From Octopus sinensis (taxonomy: Eukaryota), in NCBI RefSeq assembly GCF_006345805.1, contig NC_043015.1, positions 1,736,001 through 1,800,000 on the forward strand: 64,000 bases of DNA, in the 5' to 3' direction. Below, in pieces: positions 27,476-39,814 of the stretch; position 1 is the first letter of the stretch; each line of letters opens with the position of its first letter. The position numbers were made by a program, and so were the translations under genes. The notes under the pieces were generated by a model. It did no database searches, was not told the DNA's origin, and saw only the letters and a program-made list of their open reading frames with translations.

Positions 27476-27652
27476 AATTTCCACTATTTTTTTTTCTTAT
27501 TTTCATTGTCTTAAAATTTTCGTTGTGTCTTGCAACCTTTTCAATAGTTTTAAGAGTCAAAACTATTGAAAAGAGTCAAAATTATTGAAAAGGTTGCAAG
27601 ACGCAACGAAAATTTTAGGACAATAAAAATAAGAAAAAAAAGGTGGAAATTT
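27476..27652. repeat. About 175-bp fold-back palindrome in MPDU1 intron 2 with a duplicated centre
   Basis: AAATTTCCAC...GTCTTGCAACCTTTTCAATAG / ...TATTGAAAAGGTTGCAAGAC...GTGGAAATTT; the centre holds AAGAGTCAAAA(C/T)TATTGAA twice. Confidence 0.85.
27582..27618 (+). ncRNA. Hammerhead-like motif, U3-A8 core, inside a fold-back element
   Basis: TTA TTGAAAA G GTTGC-AAGAC-GCAAC GAA AATT T TAG. Perfect 5-bp helix II and palindromic helix III, but helix I is only about 3 bp. A mirror copy lies on the minus strand at about 27510-27547. Confidence 0.4.
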
Positions 27653-27999
27653 CTGTCTACCAATAATAAGAATGATTGCTTCATACCTTTCCAGCCCTTG
27701 CACATATTTTGATCTTTTTATATCTCATTCCTGATAGAATATCATGTCTGGTTTGATGACTGAGTATATAAATCTACCAGAGTATTGCACCGGTACTTGA
27801 AACCTTAATATCCAAGCAACATCTAACTCAGTAACTCATTATTCAGAAGCAAAAAGCTTCTCCATTTGGCAACACCTGTATATGAACACACACATCATGC
27901 ATGTGTGCTCATGAATACATGCATGGCACAGATAAGCAAGAAAAAAAAAAGAGTAAGGAATATGAAAAAGTTTAAATAAATTAAAAACAAACACTTTAA

Positions 28000-29756
28000 T
28001 AAACTAATTTCTATGACAGGTACAAGGTCTGAAATTCATGTGAGAGTGGGCATGTCAATTACACTGAACCCCAATATATAACTGGGATTTAATTCTTCAG
28101 AGTTAACCTCAGTGGAATTTGAACCCAGGATATAAAGAAGGACAAAATGCTGCCAAACACTTTGTCCAGTGTGCTAACAATTCGGCCAGCTTGCTGCCTT
28201 TAATAAAATACCAAATATAATAGTTGGCATCAACAGTATGAGCAAGGACAACAACAACAACAATAATAATGGTTTCAATATTTGAGGGAAGTGGAAGGTG
28301 GTGAGCTGGCAGAAAAATTAGCATGCTGGGTGAAACGCTTAGCGGTATTTTGCTGTCTTTATGTTCTGAGTTCAAATTCCACCGAGTTCGATAAATTAAG
28401 TACCAGTTACACATTGGGATCGATGTAATCCACTTAATGTCCTTGTTTGTCCTCTCTATGTTTAGCCACTTGTGGGCAATAAAGAAATAAGAAATGTTAG
28501 CACGCTGGCCAAAGTGCTTAGTAGTATTTCGTGTCTTTATGTTCTGAGTTCAAATTCCATTAAGGTCAACTTTGCCTTTCATCCTTTCAGGGTTGATAAA
28601 TTAAATACCAGCTGCATACTGGGGTTGATCTAATCGACTGCCCCACCCCCCACCACCACCACCCACCATCCCAAAAATTTCGGGCTTGGCGCCTAGGGTA
28701 GAAAAAAATATTTGAGGAAAATGGAAGGCGGTGAGCTGGCAAAAATGTTAGCATGCTGGGCAAAATGCTTAGCGGTATTTCAACTGTCTTTATGTTCTGA
28801 GTGCAAATTCTGCCATGGTCAACTTTCATACTGGGGTTGATCTAATCAACTGGCCCCCTCCCCATCCCCCCAAATTTCAGGCCTTGTGCCTAGAGTAGAA
28901 AAGAATATTTCAGGGAAGTGGGTCAATTGATAGTCTAAAAACCCCCGAGGAGGCAGCAAGCTGGCAGAATCCTTAGCATACCAGGCAAAAGGCTTTGTGG
29001 CATTTGGTTAGTCTGCCGAGGTTGACTTTGCCTTTCATCCTTTCTTTGAATGGTCAATAAAAAGAAGTACCAGTTGCACACTGGGGTTGATGCTGAGCAA
29101 AATGCTTTGTGGCATTTGGTGTGCCTGCACATTCTGAGAGTAAACTCTGTCAAGGTTGACTATGCTTTTTATCCTTCCAGGGTCAACAAAATGACTACTG
29201 TTTGAACACTGGAGTTGATATAATCAATTTAGACTCTTTCTCAGACCTGCTGGCCCTAAGCCAAAATTTGAAATGAGTATGAAAAACCCCTGGAGGAATA
29301 AAAGGATTTGAACTCAGAAAATGAAGAGCCTGGAGATATAGTGTCAAACATTTTGTTCAACATTCTACCAATCCAACTAAAGAAAAAAAAAAGAAAAGAA
29401 AAGAAAACAAGATGTTATAGAGGGCAGGTATGAAATATATATCCGAGCTGGCAGAAATGTTAGCATGCCAGGCGAAATGCGTAGCCGTATTTCGTCTGCC
29501 GTTACGTTCTCAGTTCAAATTCCGTCAAGGTCGACTTTGTCTTTCATCCTTTCGGGGTCGATAAATTAAGTACCAGTTACACACTGGGGTCGATGTAATC
29601 GACTTAATCCGTTTGTCCGTCTTTGTTTGTCCCCTCTGTGTTTAACCCCTTGTGGGTAGGAAAGATAGATAGATACATACATACATACATACATACATAC
29701 ATACATACATACATACATACATACATACATACATACATACATACATCATATATATA

Positions 29757-29787
<31 letters not shown>

Positions 29788-29860
29788 CATACATACACAT
29801 ATGAAATACTGCTAAGCATTTCGCCCGGTGTGCTAATGATTCTGCCGGCTCGCTGCCTTG
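28000..29860. mobile_element. Nest of roughly eight full or partial copies of the GCCTTTCATCC-domain SINE
   Basis: Repeated GAGCTGGCAGAA heads, GTTCTGAGTTCAAATTC B boxes and two different tail types, on both strands. Confidence 0.8.
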
Positions 29861-29901
29861 CGATAGAAGTAAAATGATGACAGAATAACATAGATACTCA
29901 C

Positions 29902-29967
29902 CTAACACGGAACCAATGATGATACCATAGCTGAATATTTTGCTGACGGTCAGCTTTATGCAGTCAA
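29902..29967 (-). CDS. MPDU1: MPDU1 coding exon 2 ((I)DCIKLTVSKIFSYGIIIGSVL)
   Basis: Pyrimidine tract + TACAG acceptor; 66 nt; donor GTGAGT at 29901. Size and phase match vertebrate MPDU1 exon 2 as I recall it ([22 protein letters not shown]). Confidence 0.93.
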
Positions 29968-30012
29968 CTGTAATTAAGAGAAAGAGAAGATAATAATTAG
30001 CATCATTAGAAT

Positions 30013-31308
30013 TATTTTTCAATGGTAAATTGATAGAGGCATTTACAATCTACCCTGACAATATGGATTTGTCCCTAACTCCAGCTGCAGTGACCAGCTT
30101 GTCGAGTTTCTTGAGGACATTACTCAGATCACTGACAGTGGCTCATGGGTGGATGTTGTCTACCTTGACTTTGCTAAAGCTTTCAACTCTGTGCCACACA
30201 AAAGGCTTATGGTGAAACTCTCTGCAATGGGTGTGGGGGAATGACCTTTTTAACTGGTTGAAATCCTTCATCCTCAGCCGAAAGGAGGTAGTCACAGTTC
30301 TAGGACAGCACTCTACACCATATGAGATGTCATCGGGTGTACCACAGGGATCTGTCCTTGGTCCCCTCCTGTTTGTGGCATACATTAATGACATAGATGC
30401 CAATTTAAAGAATGCCACAGTATTGAAATATGCAGACGACATCAAGCTGTACCTTGAAATCAAGAGGACTGATCCTGATGTCTACAACTCTTTCCTGCAA
30501 TCAGACCTAGACACAATGCAGCAATGGATCACAGACTGGCAACTGAAACTGGCTGTGGACAAGTGTACCACCATGCATTTTGGAAGAAAAAACCCTGCGT
30601 CCACATACTCCCTCCACAACACTGATATCAAGAAATCCTCTTGCGAGCGTGACCTAGGCATCACTGTCAGCAGTGATTTGCGTTGGACAAAGCATATCTC
30701 TAAAATTGTCAAGAAGGCCGAGGGTGTCTTGGCATCACTCAGCAAGACTTTTGTTAGCCGCTCTCCAGCCATCTATTTAAAACTGTATACAGCTATGGTA
30801 CGACCACACTTGGAATTCGCATCATCAGTTTGGAATCCCTATCTTGCTCAGAACATTGACCTCCTGGAATCTGTCCAGAGACGTGCAACCAAACGCATAC
30901 CCTCCATCAGACACCTACCATATTCTGAGCGCCTTGTTTCCCTGGGCATGGATTCACTGAAGCTCCGGCATCTAGCGACGGACTTGGTAAACACCCACAA
31001 GGTTATCAACCACCTCACCAACAACAACACTGAACACCTTTTTGATCTCCATGTGTCTAACACACGTGGACATGCCTATAAAGTCAGAAAACAATACAGC
31101 TCCCATGACTTTCGGAAACATTTTTTCACGCTCAGAGTTGCTGAAGCATGGAATAAACTGCCTGCGTCAGTTGTTGACTGCCATGACACTGCATCCTTTA
31201 AGGCCCTCATGCTTCCCGAAATCCGTCGAAACTACACCTGATTATATATACACTTTAGATGAGTTGTAGTGCACCTGAGCACTGTACACAATTATTATTA
31301 TTATTATT
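30013..31308 (+). mobile_element. 5'-truncated CR1-clade LINE (RT domain and C-terminus of ORF2)
   Basis: QYGF...VDVVYLDFAKAFNSVPH, then one frameshift in a G run at about 30235, then a 336-aa ORF with GVPQGSVLGPLLF, YADD and AEAWNKLP. (ATT)n tail; candidate TSD ATTAGAAT at 30005-30012 and 31309-31316. Confidence 0.93.
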
Positions 31309-32257
31309 ATTAGAATAATGCCTTGTGGCATTTCATTTGGCTCTTGACCCACTGAGATCAAATCCCTCCAGAGTTGCTAAATAAATACTTGTCAGCAAAT
31401 GAAGAGCTCAAGCTTTCTGCTTCTATCTCTTCCACTCTATCTTTCATTCTGTCTGTCTGTCTTTCTTTCTTCCTTCCTTCCATTCTTTCTTTCTTTTTTT
31501 CTGTGTCTTTATCATGCTTTCTTTCTCAATCTGTATTTATCTCATGGCCATGTTCTCCCTCAGTTTCTTAACATCTCTCTCTCTCTCTTTGTTACTTTAT
31601 ACTTTGCTCATCTCTCTCACTCTTTCTTTCTCTTACATTATACTTTTCTCATCTTTTTCTCTCTCTCTCTCTCCCTGTTACTTTATACTTTTCTCATTTC
31701 TCTATCATCTCTCTCTCTCTCTCTCTCTGTTACCTTATATTTATCTCATATCTCTCTCTGTCTCCCTGTTACGTTATACTTTTCTCATCTCTCTCTCTCT
31801 CTCTGTTACTTTATACTTTTTCCCATCTCTCTCACTGTTACTTTATACTAGTTCTCCCTCCCCCTCTCTTCTGCTTGCTCATAGAATCAGCACTGTTACA
31901 CCATACGAAATATCATGGGAGGTGAATCACTGCCTCCCATCCTTCAGAAATGATGAAAAGTTGAGCATAATGCCAGCAATCTGTAACACGAGAGAAACAG
32001 ATACGTTGCTAGAACCGGACATAGATAGATCCAGCAGAGAACAGATCCAGCAGAGAACAGATCCAGCAGAGAACAGATCCAGCATATACAGGAAAAACGT
32101 AAAGAAGAAAAGTATATAAAATCATAGCTACTAAAATTGTCATGTAACCATAGTTACTTGGACCAGGGCCAGAAACCTGGGTGCCGTTTGTTATTTCTAA
32201 ACATATTCACGATAAAAATATTGCTTCAAGATGGATTTAATAAATGATAAATGCGCC

Positions 32258-32495
32258 CTTTTAAAGCCTAGTCAGGCTCATAGGCCCGGTTTCCAGGTTT
32301 CAATAACGTATGTATTCCCTAGCTGGACGGGACGCCAGTCCATCGCAGCGTTACTCATTTTTGCCAGCTGACTGGACTGGAGAAACGTGAAATGAAGCGT
32401 TTAGCTCAAGAACACAAGCTGTCGCCGGGTCCAGGAATCGAAACCACAATCTTACGGTCACGGTGCTGACACCCTAACCACTAAACCACGCGCCT
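32258..32495 (-). mobile_element. tRNA-derived SINE (CTCCAGTCCAGTCAGCTGGCAAAAATGAG core family)
   Basis: Head AGGCGCGTGGTTTAGTGGTTAGGG (A box) and GTTTCGATTCC (B box); a related copy lies at about 21093-21300 (+). Confidence 0.75.
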
Positions 32496-32886
32496 TTGAA
32501 TGTATAACCCAAAAGAATGAAAGCACAATATGTTATCATTCAACAAAGGCAGTTTTAAGTGGCCGTAAAAAATTACAAAACGAAAATAATGACAAAAAAG
32601 AGAAAACACTTTAAAACCGCTCGAAAACCAAGGGAAACAACTCTGACGCAAGGGAAGTAACTCTTTGATAACTAAGGATTTGCGATTTAACAGTTCTTCG
32701 CAAATAATCTTTCTTTCTTTCTCTCTCTCTTTCTCTCACACACATACGCACCCACTCTCAAACAGACGCATTTAAACTCGTATAATGCATTAAAAACCAT
32801 TAAATTGTATCTTCCTTCGTTGCTACACACACACACACATACATACATACATGTGTGCATATATGTATACGTGTGTATATATGTGC

Positions 32887-32920
<34 letters not shown>

Positions 32921-35651
32921 GGGTAGTGATAGAGATAGGGAGAGCGCTTTCAAAATCAAAAATAATGACAGAATTAATATTGCAAGTTGGTTGGCTGGTT
33001 GGTTGGTATTAGAATGGGCATCCAACTGTGAAAACCGTGCCAAAACAGATACAAATGATGAATACAGAGATATTGCAACATGGATTTAGATTCATCAATA
33101 GAATAATCATTGCTTAACTCAAGATCTGACCTAAGTGAGTAGACCTGTGACCAAACCAATTCCAACCATGGCTATCCCATCTTGTTAGAAGAATATCTAA
33201 TACTAATTCAGCCAATGTCCTCTACCTTCCAGAGAGAATGAGTTGTGATTTGAGTGAAATTTTACTATTATTTCTATCAGGGAGAGCAACTGTATAGAGG
33301 TTCCATCATTAATTACTTATTCTTTCGTTAGCCCAGCCTTTTGAACACTTGTAGTAATTAGTTTAAATTATTTCTTCAAAATATATAGGCACAGGCATGG
33401 CTGTGTGGTAAGGAGCTTGCTTCCTAACTATGTGGTATAGAGTTCAGTTTCACTGAGTGGCACCTTGGGCAAGTGTCTTCTACTGTAGTCTCGGGGGCCA
33501 ACTAAAGCCTTGTGAGTGGACTTGGTAGATGGAAACTGAAAGAACCCCATCGTATATATATATATACTCTTTTACTTGTTTCAGTCATTTGACTGTGGCC
33601 ATGCTGGAGCACTGCCTTTAATTGAGCAACTCGACCCCGGGACTTATTCTTTTGTAAGCCCAGTACTTATTCTATTGGTCTCTTTTGCCGAACCGCTAAG
33701 TAACAGGGACATAAACACACCAGCATCGATTGTCAAGCAATGCTAGAGGGACAAACACAGACACACAAACATATACACACACATACATATATATAGATAT
33801 ATACAACAGGCTTCTTTCAGTTTCCGTCTACCAAATCCACTCACAAGGCATTGGTCAGCCCGAGGCTATAGCAGAAGACACTTGCCCAAGATGCCCGGAA
33901 CCATGTGGTTGGTTAGCAAGCTACTTACCACACAGCCACTCCTGTGCCTAATTTAAATAATGTTTCAAAATATATAGGCCCAGGCGTGGCTGTGTGGCAA
34001 GGAGCTTGCTTCCCAACTACATGGTATGGAATTCAGTTTCACTGAGTGGTACCTTGGGAAAGTGTCTTCTACTGTAGCCTTGGGGGCCACCTAAAGCCTT
34101 GTGAGTGGATTTGTTAGATGGAAACTGAAAGAACCTCATCATATTTATATATATATATGTGTGTGTGTGTGTGACACATAAAAAGCACTATCCAAATATG
34201 ATCGATGCCAGTGCCGCCTGACTGGCCCTTGTACCGGAGGCACATAAAAAGCACTCACTATACTCTCTGAGTGATTGGCGTTAGGAAAGGCAGCTTCCAG
34301 CTGTAGAAACCTTGCCAGAACAGATTGGAGCCTGGTGCAGCCTCCTGGCTCGCCAGTCCTAAGTCAAACTATCTAACACATGCCAGCATGGAAAGCAGTT
34401 GTTATATGATGATGATGACGATAATGTGACTGTGTTTGTCCCTTCTGCCATCTCTTGACAACCGACGTCGGTGTGTTTATGACCCCATAACTTAGCACTT
34501 TAGCAAGAGACCGAGAGAATAAGTACTAAGCTTACAAAGAATAAGTCCTGGGGTTGATTTCTTCAACTAAAACCCTTTAAGGTGATGCTCTAGCTTGGCC
34601 ACAGTCAAATGATGGAAACAAGCAGAAGCAAAACTGAAGAAAAGAATACTGATACAATATATCATTTTGGATAAAAACAGTTTAAGGGCTTATGAAACTT
34701 CTGGACATAATAATGGTTGTATGGCATACTTGAATACAAAGAGGATAAAATAATACACAAAATAATACAAGACCATTCTAATGCAATTATGTATGTGCTT
34801 GTGTAAGTATGATGGACATAGTATAACTGAGGGGTTAACCCTTTTGTTACCATTGATTTGTTGAAGTACATGGCCTTTGTTTCAATCAATGTTCCAAAAA
34901 TATTTTTATCTTTTATCTTTTATCTTTTACTTGTTTCACTCATTCAACTGCTGCCGGGCTGGGTCACTGCCTTATAATATTTTTAGTAGAATGAATCGAC
35001 CCCTGGCCCCTGGTACTTATGCTGTCGGTTTCTTTTGCTGAAGTGCTACATTACAGGTATGTAAACACACCAACAACAGTTGTGAAAGTTGTGGCAGGAG
35101 GGATGAACAGACACAAAGACACATGCACACACATATATATAAGTAGTATCGTGTATCTGGCACCCATGCCAACAGCACATAAGAAGCACCCTTCGAACTA
35201 TGGGCTTCATGAAGCGGTGCCAAGTGACCGAGACCTTTGGCAATATACTATGCTAAAGAAGACCTGTCAAGCAAAGTGAGATTGCAGTCATGGCCGGTGC
35301 CACTGTTTCATAACTGGTATCCATGCTGGTGGCACATAAAAAGCACCCACTCGAATCTTGGAGTGGTTGGCATTAGGAAGGGCATCCAGCCGTAGAAGCC
35401 ATGCCAAATCAGAGTGCAGCTTGGTGCAGGTCCCTGGTTTACCAGTTTTCAGTCAAACTGTCCAGTTCATCCCAGCATGGAAAATGAACGTTAAGTGATG
35501 ATGATGATTATATATATATATATATATCTTGCCTTTTGAGATACATACAGAATGAAGCTGTACCTGTTCAGTGGACCCAGTTCCTGATACAGTCAGGTTT
35601 TGCAATGACTACACATAAACCTCCAAAATAGATGCTGCAGCATGTCTTTAA

Positions 35652-35813
35652 CCCTCTTGATACCAACTCAACTCTGGCTCTGTAGTACAATAAGTCTTGT
35701 TTCCAAAAACCTAAGTCACAATTTATGTTCCTAACGATAACTAAGTTATTTTACATTTAAAATTAATTAAAAGTAACACAGAGCATCTCAATAGAAATAT
35801 GGTCACAAAAGGG
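35652..35813. mobile_element. piggyBac-like MITE (162 bp)
   Basis: TTAA|CCCTCTTGATACCA ... TGGTCACAAAAGGG|TTAA. Isolated ends of the same family occur at about 34838 and 41672-41688. Confidence 0.7.
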
Positions 35814-36294
35814 TTAATTTATCTTGAGAGCTCAGTATTCCAGCATGGCCAGCCATATGGGGCCTTAAAGTGAGGAAACAGAAATGGTGTCATAAAAAGC
35901 TTTCTCCTTTAAACAGCCAAGAGGTAAAGTTATCTTTCTGCTTTAATGCAGAAAGCATTAGCAACACTCTTTCTGATAATGTATTCGGATGCACACATTT
36001 CTTCGTGCATTTAAAGGGGTTACTGTTTCTTGGATAGTTGCAGAAGTTAGATTGAAGAGATATAATGCACAAGTGCCATGGTTCTTATTCAACAACATAC
36101 CGACAAACAATTCAGAGCTTTATTCACTGGGCAATGCCAGGCAGCAAGTCATGTATAAAGGAGTGCAGAAACAATGGTGTGTCATTTAGAACATGACTGA
36201 AACAGTAGTAGTAGTAGTAGTAGTAAGAGTAGTAGTAAGAGTAGTAGTAGTAGTAGCAGCAGCAGCAGTAGTAGTAAAAGTAGTAGTAGTAAGA

Positions 36295-36297
36295 ATG

Positions 36298-36340
<43 letters not shown>

Positions 36341-36515
36341 CGGTGGTGGTAGTAGTAGTAGTAGTAGTAATGATGGTGGTGGTATGATAGTTGTAGTAAT
36401 CATCATTATAGCAGCTGTAGTAGCGGTTGTGGTGGTGGCAGTGGTAGTAGTATTTGTGATTGTGATGGTGATAGTAGTGGTAGTAGTAGTAGTAGTTGTG
36501 GTGGTGTTGGTTATG

Positions 36516-36558
<43 letters not shown>

Positions 36559-36760
36559 CGGTGGTGGTAGTAGTAGTAGTAGTAGTAATGATGGTGGTGG
36601 TATGATAGTTGTAGTAATCATCATTATAGCAGCTGTAGTAGCGGTTGTGGTGGTGGCAGTGGTAGTAGTATTTGTGATTGTGATGGTGATAGTAGTGGTA
36701 GTAGTAGTAGTAGTTGTGGTGGTGTTGGTTATGGTAGTAGTAGTAGTAGTAGTAGTAGTA
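36295..36760. repeat. 218-bp exact-period tandem duplication inside a (GTA/GTG)n block
   Basis: ATGGTAG unit starts at 36295, 36513 and 36731; the ORF track shows matching peptides 218 nt apart. Confidence 0.85.
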
Positions 36761-37830
36761 AAAAGACTAGAAGAAGCAACAGCAATGGCAATATTTGACC
36801 AAAATCTGACATCATAAGGGTACAGGAAATGAGAGAGTCACTATGAGCTCATTAAATTTGCAAGAAATAGCAGCAAATTCTTCCACAGATTCAATTCTCA
36901 ATTTATTAAAGAAAATAACTCATGGGGGTCAATGTAATGATACAGTGCAGAAAACACCTACCCTGAAAAAGAAAACAAAGAAAACCAAGGAGAGATGGTC
37001 AAGGCTGGAGTGCCTTTATAATAGATACGTTTCATCAAAGCAGATTTGAAGGATAAACAACAAGAAAAAAAAACAATGGTTAAAATCTCAATGTGATCAT
37101 TCAACTAACAAGAAATGGTAGCAAAACGCCCTCAAATTGCATGATCTTAACATCATACAAAAAAAAAAACCAACAAAAAACAGAGTGGCTGTATTAGATA
37201 ATGTAATCCAAGAAACTCAATGCCTTTCCCCCTGCCCCACGAAAGGGGTCCTGAGATAAGGTCATGACTTATGATCAAAACAATCTTCTGAGATTAGAAG
37301 TAGCCGGATTCTAAGACAACAACAACAACAACACTTCCTAAGTATATTCATTAATAATTCTGCTTACTTACCATCGTCAAGTGAACACGACATCTTGTTG
37401 CTTGTTAATTACCACCCCGGGTAATGAATGATTTAAGAAAAAAAAAAATCAACGAAGATAGCAAAAAAGTAGGAGTTTCACGCTCCAAGAGTACTGACTG
37501 AAGTCTTATATAAGCATGTTGTTGTTTCTTTTTATTTCTTGTTTGCTCCATTTGTTATTTTTTTGTTTTTAGATATATTTTTGTTTTTATTCGGTGTGGG
37601 TGGGCGGTTGCTTTTGTATTACGAAAGAGAAGAAAAAGACGAAAACAAAAGAGAATAAGAAAAGAAGTAAAAGAAAGAAAAAAAAAAAAGTAGAACTCCC
37701 CCTTCCCGTGTAGCCCTGACCCTTATTTTCCCACTGCTGCTGACTCCGCCAACATAAAGTAAAAGAGTGTAAAAGACTTACAACACAATAACCTGTTCAT
37801 GAGGCTCCACTGATTTACCTTTGAACAAGT

Positions 37831-38416
37831 TATTTGTTTACTACCCACAAGGGGTTAAACATAGAGGGGACAAACAAGGACAGACAAACGGATTAAGTCG
37901 GTTATATCGACTTCAGTGCGTAACTGGTACTTCATTTATCGACCCCGAAAGGATGAAAGGCTGAGTCGACCTCGGCGGAATTTGAACTCAGAACGTAGCA
38001 GGAGACGAAATACCTATTTGTTTACTACCCACAAGGGGCTAAACATAGAGGAGACAAACGGATTAAGTCGGTTATATAGACCCCAGTGCGTAACTGGTAC
38101 TTAATTTATCGACTCCGAAAGGATGAAAGGCTGAGTCGACCTCGGCGGAATTTGAACTCAGAACGTAGTGGCAGACGAAATACCTATTTCTTTACTACCC
38201 ACAAGGGGCTAAACATAGAGGGGACAAACAAGGACAGACAAACGGATTAAGTCAGTTATATCGACTTCAGTGCGTAACTGGTACTTAATTTATCGACCCC
38301 GAAAGGATGAAAGGCTGAGTCGACCTCGGCAGAATTTGAATGCAGAACGTAATGCCAGATGAAATACAGGTACGCATTTCGCCCGGTGTGCTAACGATTC
38401 TGCCAGCTCGCCACTG
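37831..38416 (-). mobile_element. Trimeric copy of the same SINE family
   Basis: Three tandem bodies of about 170-185 nt and one head; 17-bp TSD TTTAC(C/A)TTTGAACAAGT at 37814-37830 and 38417-38433. Confidence 0.85.
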
Positions 38417-39814
38417 TTTACATTTGAACAAGTGTTGGGTGGAGAGATTTCAGTCTGTCGTTGTCTATCTCTCTGGGAGCACGATTCTCTGATCCAACTG
38501 TCAATTGTCATGTGTGCATGTGTGTGTGCATTTGTGAGTGTGTGCACCTGTGTGTGTGTGTGAGAGAGAGATGAATAAAGAGAGAGACAGACAGAGAGAC
38601 TCTTTACTGAAACCACATGGTCCTCTCTCTCTTTCTCTCAACAGAATAGAGCATTGAATAACAGAGTTTCACAGCTCATAAACAGCTCAACAAGAATGAC
38701 TAACTACATCATCATACTTAAGACATCATCATCACTATCACCATCACCATCATCACCACTGTCGTCGCTATCACTATTGTTGTAGAGCTAAAAACGAGGT
38801 AATTTCTACTCTTCTCCTCTGGAAGCCATCTACTTGCAATACCAGAGGGCGCACACTCTCCTACCCTGATGTAATCTCCAGGGATACAGGCATCCAGCAA
38901 CAAGACCTCTGTAATGCTATGATGGACTGTGAAGTCTGGCGAAGCATGGTAAATTCCATTGTCTCGATCACGGTCGAACAATGATGATGATGATGATGAT
39001 GATCACTATTATCATTCCGAAGACCACTTAGCCATGCTTGCATGAAGTCGGTGAAATTAGTGGGGACAAATTTTCCATGCCCTCTGGATGCTCTTCCTGT
39101 TGCAAACCCAGATCTGCTGGCTGGTCGTGTTTTCGTTGAAGAGTGAATATGAAGGGCACAGGTTATATGATAATGACAGTCTTTTTTAAAACTGTCATGC
39201 AATGTCAAAACAAGGGAAAACCTTCAACTATACACTGACCTGCCCCAGATGCAACTGGAACCGATCGAAGGGAGATAAGTTCACCTCACCCATATATATA
39301 TTGCCAGCAGACTTCCATTCTAGAATTTTTTTGTACACAAAATTAACTAAGCCTGACATATGCCTTCCTCCAGTTGTAGAGAGGTTACGTATCTCCGGCC
39401 AACCATGCTGACAAGTTGCCAATACAGCTACGTGCTTTATAGGCATGATACAAATAGACACTCTCAGACTGGCCATAACAAACAAACACCCTTATAACTA
39501 TACATAGAGAGTGGCCCAAAAGTAAGTTTACAGTTATGCAACTATCTCTTTCGCATTCATATATTAACACTTTAGATCTTAAATATTTTGATACAATATA
39601 AAGGACATAATGGAAATTAATATGTATAGGAAGGGCATTGAAAAATAAAACCTGTGTCAAACCATATCACATAGAGCTTGGTGCAGTAGTCCTCTGGCTT
39701 ACCAGTTTCTATCAAACCATCCAACCCATGCCAGCATGGGAAATAGACATTTATTAAAGATGATGATGATGATATATATATATATATATATATAATATAT
39801 ATATATATATTATA

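Noticed and set aside
30143-31063. Minus-strand ORFs overlapping the CR1
   Set aside because: Antisense shadows of the RT coding sequence.
37831-38416. Regularly spaced repeats suggestive of a CRISPR array
   Set aside because: The units are whole SINE bodies with no unique spacers, in a eukaryotic intron with no cas genes.
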